Assembly: GCF_009914755.1 (NCBI RefSeq)
Contig: NC_060938.1
Source: the human T2T-CHM13v2.0 reference genome, Homo sapiens
Length of the DNA: 64,000 nucleotides
Reading direction: 5' to 3' (one strand)
The notes beneath the pieces were generated by a model that saw nothing but the letters and a program-made list of their open reading frames with translations, had not been told where the DNA came from and did not search any database. The position numbers and the translations under genes are program-made. Shown piece by piece: positions 12,091 through 24,309 of the stretch; position 1 is the stretch's first letter, and each line of letters starts with the position of its first letter.

Positions 12091-13499
12091 TGAGCTGACT
12101 TCAGTGCCCGGCCCCCAGATCTGCACACCAGTGTGCCCCAACTGCCTGGTGAGTGGCCAGGCCAGAGGGAAGCAGGGAGCAGGGTGGGCCCAAGGCGAGG
12201 CTCAGCGAGAAGGCAGGAGCAGTAGCCGTGGGGCAGCACTTGGGGTATGTGGGCCATGGGGAAATGGGCACCAGGGGTAGAGCCCCTTTGGGGGGCTGTG
12301 GAGGGGGAGCAGCGGGGAGTGCAAGGGGATGTGACACAAGCCCCTTCTGAGGGAGGACTTGGTGGCCGGTTGCTCTTGAGTGGTGCCTGCCTCAAGGCCT
12401 GGGCTGTGTCCTGCCCTCCTGCTGCCCCGGCCACCTCTGACAGACCCTGCTAACTGTGGTCAGCCTGGCAGGGCTGGCATGGCAGAGCAGGCCTGTGGTG
12501 CCACCCTGACCTGGCCACTGTGGTCCTTATCCTGGGTCAGGAGCCGTCCCCGCCCCAGGCCCATGTTTTCCATCTGCCGGGGACCCTGCCCAGGAGGGGC
12601 ACATGTAATGCTAGCCTCGTTGTGCAGGGCGGCTCCTGGCTGAGGCCTTGACTGAACTTGCATCTACATTTAGACTGAAATGCACCGAGAGGCTGGGCCT
12701 GCTGTGTCCCAGGGGCTGCGGACGGGGTGTCCATCCTGCCTGGGTAGGATGCATCTGCAGGGTGCCTCCCACCACACGCTAAAGTGGGGTCATCACCCCT
12801 GGGTGGCCTGGGTCACCAAGATGCTACCCCACCCAGCCTGATGGGATGCCTGAGCTCCAAGCCTGCCCCCTCACAGGGGAGATGATGGCCCCATGAAGGC
12901 CCCCCCTGGGTGCTTGTGGTGGCCGCTCACTCAGTCTCTCTCTCTCCAAAGCGGCCTGCCCGTCCGCGAAGTCACTTAGCTGGGATCTAATCGGGTTTCA
13001 CAGGGGCATAAATTACTTGGCTAGAGGTTGTTCCCGGGTGTTTCCACCCCGGGCCTGTTATTTACACACCGTGCGGTAATGTAGTCACGGCCTTGGGTGC
13101 ACAGTATTTATGGTGTTTGATCGGCTTCCAGCCCAGGCCGCCTGTCCAGGAACATTTGTTGAGATGTTGTGCAGAGCCGCTGGGGACCTCTGCCACAGGC
13201 GGGCATCAATCTACCTGGAGCTCCTGCGGCAGCCCTGCAGAGCCTCAAAAGGGCAGGGCGGGCCTGTGGTGCCACCCTGAGCTGGTCACTGTCTGCAGAT
13301 GGCAGCTCTAGGAGTGATGGCTGAGGACGAACAAGGGTGCGAACTGTCACTGACATTTCCGTGGGGCGTGGACGTGACACATCCCGAATGCCATACCTGG
13401 CTGTGGACAGTCGCACCGTTAAAGGCAGCAGCGCTAACTGCCGTTCACGGAGCACCCACTGTCTGCTAAGCTCAGTGGAAGATCCTTTGTTTTATTCTC

Positions 13500-13600
13500 T
13501 CCGTGAGTGCTTGTCGCAGCCCTGCAAGGTAGGTGTCCCTGATGGGAAACTGAGGCTCAGTCACTGCAGGTGACTTCCCAAAGGAACACAGCCTGGGAGC
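13500..13600 (-). mobile_element. MIR fragment
   Basis: gatgggaaactgaggctcag...gtgacttcccaaagg. Confidence 0.6.
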
Positions 13601-13720
13601 TCCATGTGGCAGCTTCCTCTGGCTCTTACAAGGGGAAGGATGAGCTCCCGTTGGTTGCTGGGGTCCCGCCCCTTTGCCTTCATGTCTGTGATGGTGGAAA
13701 TGCTTCATAAGGAGTGTAAA

Positions 13721-13824
13721 GTGGTTTTTGTTCCTGACCCAGAGAGATCTGGTCACGGTAATTCTGTATCTGCTTGCCTATATTTATCCCCCAAGTCCGG
13801 CTGGTGACAGGGAAGCAGATGATC
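13721..13824. repeat. Dispersed direct repeat, copy A (paralog at 16634-16730)
   Basis: Shares GTGGTTTT(T)GTTCC, CCCAGAGAGATCTG and TAATTC, plus CTTGCCT[A/C]TATTTATCCCCCAAGTCCGGC at 28/29 identity, with copy B. Confidence 0.85.
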
Positions 13825-14744
13825 AGTGCCAGGCCTGATAAATTGGACCCAGGGCTGAGGCGGGAGAGAAACCCTGTTTTATTGTTGAAGACAAAGCCGT
13901 CGGGCAGGAGGCATATGTTGTGTTGGAGCCCTCGCTGCGACGGAGGCCCTGGGCCTCAGAGCAATCAGGGCTTTCACGAGCACCCCCCACCCACTACCTA
14001 CGTGGGAGGCAAGGACCCCCATTAGCCCGGCTGGCTGTGGGGGAGGGGCTGACAATGTCAGTGGGGTGGAGGGGAGAGGAGGTGATCAATGAGGACTTAT
14101 TGACTTGCATCTTTCCCCACGACTTGATTAAGACCACTATGGAGATGAGGCCTGAGGAGGGGGCTAGGGCCAGAGCCCCGGGCCAGTGTGGCTTAGGGGA
14201 TCTTTTATGTTTGGAGGGCAGGAAGGGAACAGAGAGCTGCCGGCTTTGTCAGATGCCTGAAGAGTATTGATCCATATTAGAAATGATAATGAGCCAATTC
14301 TGCTGGGCTGGGAGGCCTTAACCATTTCATTGCTTACAAGGCTGTCCTGGTGGGGATGTTGGAGGAGGCTCAGCCTCTAGCTGCTCCTCACCATGTTTCT
14401 CCTCGCTCAGGTCTGCAGCTTCCCAGGCCACGACCTGAGTCCACTGATGGTCCTGGAGGTCTGGCCAGAGGGGCAAGGGCAGCAAAGGAGAGGAGCACAG
14501 GACTGGGAGCTGGAGCCTGGTTCTGGGATTGGCTAGACCCTGCGGGGTTTGCCAAGCACCTGGTGGGTGCCTGACATTCTGTGCATCTCCTCGGGCACCT
14601 CTAAGGTGGTCAGGATGACCCTTACTGCTATAATGACAGATGAGATGAAGGCATGGAGGCTCATAGTTGCCAAGAGGCCAGGCCTCTGCCTGCCCCTCCA
14701 GCACTCTGGGACGTGATGCTGCCCCTCAGACCTGCCACTTGCTG

Positions 14745-15075
14745 ATGGAGCTTTGACTTTTGTTGAGTCATTTACCCCATCTGGGACCCACTTTCCTCAT
14801 CTGTAAAATGACAACCACAGCAGGCTTGCTGAGATAATTCAGAGAACAATGACAAGGGCTCATACAGTCCAGCCCTGCACCAGCACTTGGTGGTGGGGCC
14901 TGGCCTGAGCCTAAAGCTTGACTCTAGCTCTGTGTCCACTTTAGTGAACATTTAAAGTTGAGGAGTCTGAGTTTGCTCCTCCATGGAGGGAGGACATGCC
15001 ATTCATCTTTCTAAATGGTTGTGAGAATCAAATGAGTCTATGCATGGGGAGTACCTAACATGTAGTTGGTGGTTA
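14745..15075 (+). mobile_element. MIR fragment(s)
   Basis: gagtcatttacccc...ctttcctcatctgtaaaatg and ggttgtgagaatcaaatgag. Confidence 0.6.
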
Positions 15076-15089
15076 ACAGAAGATGGCTG

Positions 15090-16620
15090 TCATCATTGTC
15101 ATTGTCACCATCACCATAATCATCATATCACCATCACAACACCCTCACCACCATCATCATTACCATCATGATCATCACTGTCACATCATCACCATCATTA
15201 CCATCATCATTACCATCATCACTATTACACACCATCATCAACATCATCCCCACTGTCATCATCACCATCACCACCATCATCATCACCATCACCATCACCA
15301 TCAACATCATCATCACCATCACCACCATCACCATCAACATCAACATCACCATCACCACCATCACCATCAACATCAACATCACCATCATCACCATCACCAT
15401 CACCACCATCACCACCATCACCACCATCACCACCATCATCACCACCATCACCACCATCACCACCATCATCACCATCATCATCACCATCACCATCAGCATC
15501 ATCATCACCATCACCACCATCACCATCACCATCAACATCAACATCACCATCATCACCATCACCATCATCACCATCACCATCACCACCATCACCATCACCA
15601 CCATCACCATCACCACCATCATCACCACCATCATCTCCACCATCACCACCATCATCACCGTCACCATCAACATCATCATCACCATCACCACCATCACCAT
15701 CAACATCAACATCACCATCATCACCACCATCATCACCATCATCATCACCATCACCACCATCATCATCATCACCATCACCATCACACTCCATCATCAACAT
15801 CATCACCATCACCACCATCATCACCATCACCACCATCACCATTACCATCACCATAACACTCCATCAACATCACCACCATCATCACCATCGCCATTACACT
15901 CCATCATCAACATCACCACCATCACCATCACCACCACCATCATCACCATCACCATTACACTCCATCAACATCATCAACACCATCATCATCACCATGACCA
16001 TCACCCCATCATCATCATCACCATCATCACCATCACCGTCATCATCACCATCACCATTACACTCCGTCATCACCACCACCATCATCATCACCATCACCAT
16101 TACACTCCATCATCACCACCATCATTACCATCACCATCATCACCATCATCATCATAATCAATATTATCACCATCACATCACTCTCACCACCATCATCACC
16201 ATTACCATCATCACCACCATCACCATCATCATCACTATTGCATCATCGTCACCACCACCATCCTTACCATTACACACCACCATGAGCATATCACCACCAT
16301 CATTACCATCATCTTCATCACCATTATCATCACCATCACATCATCATCATTATAGCTATACCATCACTGTCATCAGCATTACTATCACATCATCATCACC
16401 ATCATTGCCATCATCATCACCATCATCATTGCCATCATTATCATCACCATCATCACCATCACTATCATATCACCATCATTATAATCACTATCACTGTCAT
16501 CATCATCGTTATCACCATCACATCATTACCATCACATCACCATCATCACCATCATCATCATGGTCATTGTCATCATTATTATCATCCCTGTCATTGTCAT
16601 CATCTCTTCATTATCATCAA
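15090..16620. repeat. Long (CAT/CAC)n trinucleotide-based low-complexity tract, ~1.5 kb
   Basis: Continuous CAC/CAT/CAA triplets; gives poly-His, Thr/Ile and Ser/Pro frames on + and Met/Val and Asp/Gly frames on -. Confidence 0.97.
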
Positions 16621-16633
16621 CTTGGCAGAGATT

Positions 16634-16730
16634 GTGGTTTTGTTCCCATCCCAGAGAGATCTGAAGATGCTAATTCCATCCTTGCCTCTATTTATCCCCC
16701 AAGTCCGGCCTGCAAGGGAGGCTGCTAATC
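16634..16730. repeat. Dispersed direct repeat, copy B (paralog of 13721-13824)
   Basis: Core TATTTATCCCCCAAGTCCGGC at 16689-16709 is identical to 13781-13801. Confidence 0.85.
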
Positions 16731-17201
16731 TGGCTGCTGAGTATGCCAGATCCATGGGATCCAGGGATCAAGTGGCTCAACCCCCTGGGATCCATGCACT
16801 GGCATTTGTCTGTGGAGTCCAGTGGTAGGTCTTCCCACTACCAGGACACCAGGCTGGGTAGGCAGGCAGCATGGGGAAAGCTTGAGGGTCAAGGCTGTGA
16901 AGCTGTGGTGACTGATGTGGGGTCTGCTGATGGGGAGGGGGTGCTTGTGCAGGTGGTATGGGGCTTACTCTACTGCTGCTCCCCAGGAGTAGGAGGAGGG
17001 GCTCCAGCTTAGGATGACATATTTGGCTGCTTTCTACACAAAGAAGATGCCTTTGTTCAAGCTCAGGCTGGTGCTGGAGAGAGCATCATCCTGACCTGGG
17101 CACAGCTAGGGAACATCTCTTCTGGGGTATCATCTTATGAACCATTAGAGGCTTTGGCTTGGGCAGAACTGGGTTTTAGTTCCATCCTGACCCTGACTTG
17201 C

Positions 17202-19315
17202 TGATATGGTTTGGCTGTGTCCCCACCCAAGTCTCATCTTGAATTGTAGTTCCCATAATCCCCACACGGGAGGTAATTGAATCATAGGGGTGATGATTTT
17301 ATAAGGGTCTTCCCCCCTTTTCTTGGCTCTCATTATCTCTCCTGCTGCCCTATGAAGAGGTGCCTTTTGCCATAATTATAAGTTTCCTGAGGGCTCCCCA
17401 GCCCTGCAGAACTGTGAGTCCATTAAACCTCTTTCTTTTATAAGTTACCCAGTCTTGGGCAGTTCTTTATAGCAGTATGAGAATGGACTAATACAATAAA
17501 TTTGTAGCAAGAGTGGGGTGCTGCTATAAAGATATCCAAAAATGTGGTAACAGGCAGAACTGGGTAACAGGCAGAGGTTGGAACAGTTTGGAGGTCTCAG
17601 AAGAAGACAGGAAGATGTGGGAAAGTTTAGAACTTCCTAGAGACTTGTTGAATGGCTTTGACCAAGTTGCTAATAGTGATATGGACAATAAAGTCCAGAT
17701 GATGGTCTCAGATGGAGACGAGAAACTTGTTGGTAACTGGAGTAAAAGTCACTCTTGCTATGTTTTAGCAAAGAAACTGGAAGCTTTTTGCTCCTGCCCT
17801 AGAGATCTGTGGAACTTTGAACTTGAGAGAGATGATTTAGGGTATCTGACAGAAGAAATTTCTAAGCAACAAAGCATTCGAGAGGTGACAGAGCATAAAA
17901 GTTTGGAAAATTTGCAGCCTGATGATGCAGCAGAAAAGAAAAACCCATGTTCTGGGGAGAAATTCAAGCTGCAGAAATTTACATAAGTAATGAGGAGCCA
18001 AATGTTAATCACAAAGACAATGGGGAAAATGTCTCCAGGTCATGTCAGAAGTCTTCACAGCAGCCCCTCCCATCACAGGCCTGGAGGCTTTGGAGGAAAA
18101 AATGGTCTTTTTGGCCAGGTGCAGGGCCTTGCTGCTTCATGTAGTTTTGGGACTTGATGCCCTTCATTCCAGCCATGGCTAAAAGGGGACAACATACAGC
18201 TCAGGCTGTTGCTTCAGAGGGTGCAAGCTCCAAGCCTTGGCAGCTTCCGTGTGGTGTTGAGCCTGCAGGTGCACAAAAGTCAATAATTGAGGTTTGGGAA
18301 CCTCTGCCTAGATTTCAGAGGATGTATGGAAATGCCTGAATGTCCAGACATAAGTCTGTTGCAGGGGTGGAGCCCTTGCAGAGAACCTCTGCTAGGGCAG
18401 TGTGGAAGGGAAATGTGGGGTTGGAGCCCTCACACAGAGTCCCCACTGGGGCACTGCGCAGTGGAGCTGTGAGAAGAGGACCACTGTCCTCCAGACCCCA
18501 GAATGGTAGATCCACCAACAGCTCAGCTTGCACTGTGCCTGGAAAAGCTGCACAGCCCATGAAAGCAGCCAGTATGGGGGCTGTACCCTGCAAAGCAGCA
18601 GAGGTGGAGCTGCTCAAGGCTGTGGGAGCCCACTTCTTGCATCAGCGTGACCTGGATGTGAGACGTAGAGTCAAAGGAGACTGTTTTGGAACTTTAAGAT
18701 TTAATGACTGCCCTATTGGATTTCAGACTTCATGGGGCCTGTAGTCCCTTCCTTTTGGCCAATTTCTCCCATTTGGAATGGGTGTATTTACCCAATGCCT
18801 GTAGCCCCATTGTATTTAGGAAGTAACTAACTTGCTTTTCATTTTACAGGCTAACAGGTAGAAGGGACTTGCCTTGTCTCAGATGAGACTTTGGACTTGG
18901 ACTTTTGGGTTAATGCTGGAATGAGCTAAGACTTTGGGGGACTGTTGAGAAGGCATGATTGCTTTTTAAATGTGAGGACATGAGTTTTGGAAGGGGCCAG
19001 GGCAGAATGATATGGTTTGGCTGTGTCCCCACCCAAATCTCACCTTGAATTATATTTCCCATAATCCCCACATGTTGTGAGAAGGACCTGGTGGGAGGTA
19101 ATTGAATCATGGGGGTGATGGTTTTATAAGGGGATTTTCCCCCCTTTGCTCAGCATTCATTCTCTCTCCTTCCACCCTGTGAAGAGGTGCCTTCCACCAT
19201 GATTGTAAATTTCCTGAGGCCTCCCCAGCCCTGTGGAACTGCAAGTCAATTAAACCTCTATAAATTACCCAGTCTTGGGTATTTCTTAATAGCAACGTGA
19301 GAGTGGACTAATACA
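17202..19315 (+). mobile_element. Complete THE1 (THE1C/D-like) ERVL-MaLR provirus: 5' LTR 17202-17495, internal 17496-19007, 3' LTR 19008-19315
   Basis: Both LTRs begin TGATATGGTTTGGCTGTGTCCCCACCCAA and end GGACTAATACA. A purine tract precedes the 3' LTR. The 5-bp TSD CTTGC lies at 17197-17201 and 19316-19320. Confidence 0.95.
17513..17986 (+). pseudogene. Remnant of the THE1/MaLR internal ORF
   Basis: Peptide GRGWNSLEVSEEDRKMWESLELPRDLLNGFDQ...DLWNFELERDDLGYL is the characteristic MaLR internal translation; broken downstream. Confidence 0.75.
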
Positions 19316-19402
19316 CTTGCCCTCACTCCACATCTTGCCATTCAGCAAGTCCCTAGGATGTCGACACAGCACTGCACCTTCTCTGTTGCAGGGCCTGCCC
19401 TC

Positions 19403-19405
19403 CCT

Positions 19406-19445
<40 letters not shown>

Positions 19446-19505
19446 TCCTTCCTTCCTTCCTTCCTTCCTTCCTTCCTTCCTTCCTTCCTTCCTTCTTTCC
19501 TCTTT
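19403..19505. repeat. Compound microsatellite (CCTG)n(CCTT)n
   Basis: Read directly. Confidence 0.95.
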
Positions 19506-19509
19506 CTGT

Positions 19510-20110
19510 GTTAGGTTTGCAGCTCCTGTTAGCCCTTAAGTGGAGACATTGAATGGAAGGTGGATTTCTCAAGTCTGAAGCTCAGGGAGAGGCCCTTGCT
19601 AGAGGTGTGTACTTTTAGAGTCCTCAGTATGCAGCTGAAGTTTGAGCCACAGTCTTGGTGAGACCTCAAGGGAGGATGTAGACAGACAGGCGAGGAAGCC
19701 AAGTCTAGGAGCTGGAAGGAGATGAGAGGGCAACAAAAGGCCTCAGAAAGAGTGGCTGCTGAGGTGGGGGTGAGCCAGGTGAGTGTGGGGGACACCTGCA
19801 GGAGGTGGTGCTGCAAGGAGAAGAGGCCACCCACGTCACAGGCTACCCATGTCACAGGCTGTGAGAGATCAGGAGGGTGGGGCCTAAGACTGCTGGCTGG
19901 CTTGGTGGCCCTCACTGATGTGAGCCACTGGGGTCTTGGTGACCAGTGGGGTGGGGCAGGGAGGAAACAGGCTGGTGACAGTGGCTGAAGGACATGGGAG
20001 GAGTAGCTGGGACTGCGATGATGGACCATTCTTTCCAGAAGAAGAGCAAAGAAATGCGGGTAGTAGCTGAAGAGAGATGTGGGTGAGGAAGAATAGCATA
20101 AAGAAACAAC
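19510..20110 (-). mobile_element. L2 LINE fragment
   Basis: gtggagacattgaatggaaggtggat...agtctgaagctcagggagagg...gctagagg resembles antisense L2. Confidence 0.6.
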
Positions 20111-20189
20111 TGGACATCAATAGTGGGAACAAGTAGAGGGGGAGAAACTGAAGTGCAGGAGAGGGAGGCTAATTGCTGGAGGAATAAGT

Positions 20190-20268
20190 GGGTTTTCCCT
20201 TCTCTTGTTTCTTCTCAAAATGTTCTTTTCACTCTTGGTTTTCAGTCTTTTGACTATAATGAGCTCAG

Positions 20269-20302
<34 letters not shown>

Positions 20303-21900
20303 ATATATTCATTCTTTTTGGGGTTTGCTGATATTCTAGGATCTGTAACTGACATTTTCTTCAATACTTTGAAAAATACTTGGCCATCATATCTCTGAAT
20401 ATTTTTTTCTGCTCTTTTACATTCTCTTTTCTTTTTTGATTCCGGTAACACATATCCCAGGCCATCTGAGACCACTGAGGCACTGTTCTGAAGTGTAGGT
20501 TTTGTAATTATTCAGATACAACAAGGGCAATAGACCAGGGGATGACCGCCATTGAAATGGTTTGTTACTCACAGCTCCCAAGAGGAGGGGTCATGCCACA
20601 CCATGCAGGGCCACACAGGGCAGCACCAGGAGTGGCCAAGGGGGAAGAAGGAGTGACGGAAAAGCACGGGAAGGTCCGGCCAGGCAAGCAGGCTGACGAT
20701 TGGCTCATTTCAGTCATTTTGGTGGGCTCTGGGGTACAGGTGCTGTCTCTAGTGGTCTGGTACCTGCCCTGGGGTAATCAGGGTGGGACTTGTGGCCACC
20801 CTGCTGAGTGTGAAAGCCCATAGAGGAGGTGGCATGGGTGCAGGTTCTGGATTAGCTGGTTTGCGTATGGAAGTTGTGCCCCAGTGTTTACACTCTCTAG
20901 GAACTGACTAGGCCTGGGAGGTGGCAGAGAGCAGTTTCTCCAGGGTCAGCAGGGTCCTGGGTGTCAAAAAGATATGTTTAACACACTTATTTTTCATGTT
21001 CTAGAAATCTTCAATCTCTTTGTTCTTCAGATGACATAGAAATTTCTGTCTTTAAGCTTGCTGACTCTCCTATCTCCAATCTGTTGTTAAACCTATCCAG
21101 TGTTTTAAAAAAAATTCAGCTATTATATTTTTCAGCTCTGGAATTACCCTTTAAACCTGGGACGTATTTATAATTGCTGACATAAAGCAATTTTTCTGTT
21201 TCTTTGTTTGGCTAGTCATTTTTTATTGTAAATTAGACATTGTAAATGGTACCTTGTGGAAACTCTGGATTCTGTTATCTTCCTCTGAGAAGTGCTGATT
21301 TTTGTCCCAGTAGCCTGTGCAGATCTCGATTTTATGCTTCATTGACACAGGTCCTGGAGGCCCATGGCGTTTACCCAGCCTCTACCTTGGTGACGCAAAG
21401 TCCCCACACTCTGTCTCCCCTGTGGACCTGGGGGCTCAGTGTTGGCGTTTTGAGGATGTGTCTGGAGCAGGGCTCTGAGCATGGTTGTGTCTCAGCTGCC
21501 TGCTCCACCTGCCAAGCTCACCTCCTGACTTGGGTTGGTCCTGAGCCCCACCACCTTCCAGTGCTGCTAACTGCTAAGCTCTCCGTCCTGCCTTTGCCCT
21601 GGAGAAGGGCACTTGGTCCTGCCCTCTGAATGCAAGGCCCCACCAGGGACCGTGAACCCTACACTCCCCTCCGGACCCTCTCTCTGGAATCCTGCCCCCC
21701 ACATTCCTGTCCCCTCAGTGCCTGAGCTCTGGTTTCTGCCTCCTGGGCTCAGCTTGCTGCCACACCCTGCCTGGGCTCCACTCCTGCATGAGTGGTGGGG
21801 AAATTGTCCTGGGTGGAGGGCTGGGCCAACGTGGCACTTATCTCACAGGCTTTCCTTTTCTCCAGGATCACAGTCGCATGCTGCCTGCACCAACACCCGA
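20190..21900 (-). mobile_element. Old L1M 5'/ORF1-region fragments, interrupted by (TG)n at ~20270-20300 and by an LTR
   Basis: T-rich antisense L1 ORF1-like sequence, e.g. ttggccatcatatctctgaatattttttctgc. Confidence 0.55.
20489..20985 (-). mobile_element. Solo ERV LTR (ERVL-type, MER68/MER77-like; family uncertain)
   Basis: TG...CA-bounded GC-richer block inside the L1, containing gtttgttactcacagctcccaagaggagggg...cagggccacacagggcagcaccagg. Confidence 0.45.
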
Positions 21901-22274
21901 AGACCATCACCTAGTATATTCCCCCAGCGCTGGGGTTGCTTATGGTGGGAGGAAATGCACGGGCGGCAGAGGGCAAGGGCGTGGTCATTCTGATAGACCA
22001 CGGGTGCCGAGGTGGGCACAGGAGGAAGGGCGGGCAGGAGAGGAAGTGTAAAGTGTCACTGGCTCAATGAGGACACGCGGTCCTGGTCGGGAGGAAGGCT
22101 GGGGGCTGGAAGTTGCGGAGGGTGGGAGTGCGGAGCATGGCAGGGCAGCGGCCGTGGAGCGGATGCTGGAGGTGGGTTTGTGGGTGATGACAGCCCAGGC
22201 TGCAGCCTCAGGAGGAGAGGATGGTCACTGGGTCAGGGGGCAGGTGGACTGGCCATCCCATGATGCTCAGAGGC

Positions 22275-22645
22275 TGTGAGTACGTTGGCTGGCTGGGGTT
22301 GCCATAGCCAGTATCACAGACCGGTGGGGCAAAAGCAGAAATGAACTTTCTCACGATGTTGGAGGCCGGAAGTCTGAGGCCCTGGAATTGCAGGGCTGGT
22401 TTCCTCTCTGGCCCCGTCCTGGGCTTGCAGATGCCACCTCCTCCCTGTTCCTCAGGGTGGTGTACCTATGTCCTAATCTACTATCAGGACACCCCTCGGA
22501 TGCAAACAGGGCCACCCTCATGACCTCCCTTTAATGGAATCAGCTCTTTAAAGAGCCTATCCCCAAATACAGTCCCATTCTGAGGTCCTGGAGTTTAGGG
22601 CTCTGATATCTGAATTTTGGGAGGTGGATACCATCCTGTCCCTCC
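22275..22645 (-). mobile_element. MLT1 (MLT1A-C-like) solo LTR
   Basis: ctatccccaaatacagtcccattctgaggtcctggagtttaggg is the reverse complement of the MLT1 5' end; tttctcac...ggaggccggaagtctgag marks the 3' part. Confidence 0.8.
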
Positions 22646-23789
22646 CAGCGAGTGGCCCAAAGCTGAAGCCATTGATGAGTGACTGACAAGCAGCAGCCAT
22701 GGCGGAGGGACCAATCCTGAGCTGGAGCTGGGGCTGTGGGGGCCTGAAGGACAGTAGGGGTTCTGGGGAGAGCCAGATGTCAGCTGTAGCGAGAAGAGAA
22801 AGACTGCCAGACGTGCGGCTGAGGAGGAGCCAGGCTACGCCTGCCCTCGGGCCCCCGAGAGTGTGGAGGCCCCTGGCCATGCACCGGAGGAGCCTCTGAT
22901 GGATGCTTCATAAGAGTGGTGCCCACACTGCAGCCACCTCCGCTGCCAGGGACCCCTCCGGTGAACACGTTGGCTCCTCCTCAGGGAAGGGGCAAGTTTC
23001 GTGGCTTGACCAGAGGGCCCTAGGTGAGCAGTGCCGCGTTGTCTTCGGCGGAGGTTTCTCCTTTGGCCTCGGTTCGTCCTCTGTGTCATGGGGGTGATTG
23101 TCCCTGAACTTTCTGGCTGCTCAGGGCTGGATTTAGGCTCTGGGGAGGCCATGGGGTGTTTCTTGAAGACCGAAGCCATGCTCGAGGCTGTGACTCCTGC
23201 GAGACAGGGCCTGAGGGGAAGCCCCGGGGTGAGTGGGTCTGTTTGAGGCTGGCTGGGTGTATGGGCCACTGTTTCAATCCCTTTGGCTCGAGCTGGTGAT
23301 CATGAAGTGACCTCCCGTGCCTAACTTATTTTGGATGGGTCTGAAGGCCACAGCACAAGCATCAGGGTGCTGGAGGCACTGCCAGGAGGGGTGGGAGAAC
23401 AAGGCTGCCCTGGGAGTCCTGGAGAGGGGCCCCAAACATGGGTGGAGGTGGCCTCTGGGCTGGCCCTGAAGGCTGCAGGGGTGGGGGTGTAGTTGGCCTA
23501 TGCCCTGTGGGGGAGGGAGCTGGTGAGTCCTGGGCCAGGGCAGGGCAGGGGGCAGAGCTATGAGAAAGGAAGGCAGAAGGGGTGTGAAGAGAAAATGAGG
23601 GGCTCAGGTGCCAAGGCCTTGGAGGTGGTGGGGCTGGGGGCAGGCACTGCAGTTCTCAGCATGAGACGGGGGGCAGCAAGGACCCCACCTGCGCTGGCAG
23701 GCCCTGCTGCCCCTCTAGCCAGGAGGAGAATGCTTTTTCATAGGGGGAGGAAGGAGAAAAATGACTTCGGGCTCCTGGCAACTTCAGCA

Positions 23790-23950
23790 ATCAGCTCCTT
23801 GTCAAGCAAATAAAATGCTTTTGAATGTCCAGATTAATGATTGATCAGCACAACGCGAGCCTGTTGGAAGCTTCCAGTTGGCCCACGTGGGGGTCCCCGC
23901 TGCAGGCGCTGGTAAAGTGACACCCCGTTAGTCACTTCTCTGCGTGTGCT
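23790..23950. promoter_or_regulatory. Candidate HOX-PBX-MEIS enhancer core
   Basis: TGTCA 23800-23804; GATTAATGATTGAT 23832-23845 (TAAT overlapping the PBX-HOX site TGATTGAT). Confidence 0.45.
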
Positions 23951-24309
23951 GGGGAGAAGCCCACACACACATGCTGGTGCCTGACATGGGGTTATTTCTG
24001 TGCTGAGGAGGCAGGAAACGGCAGAGGAGGCAGCTTCCAGGGCAGGGAGCACTGGGGCGGCCTGGCCCAGGAGGGTGCTTGATGGCCATGGGACAAGGCC
24101 CACACCAGGCCCTGGTGACGCTGGGCGAGAGCCTCTGTGTGGGCGAGGAGGCTGGGGCTGGCCGGTCCACTCGCCCAGAAATGCCAGAGGTGCCCAATGC
24201 CATGCGGCCTGGGGGATGCTTGGACCCGGAGTGATGACAGTGGCTGGTCATTTGCACCTTGAATTAAGCAGAATAAATCAAATAAGAGAACAAAGCCGAT
24301 TCTTGTTTT

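Noticed and set aside
15134-16728. Met/Val-, Asp/Gly-, Thr/Ile- and Ser/Pro-rich ORFs
   Set aside because: Alternative frames of a trinucleotide low-complexity tract.
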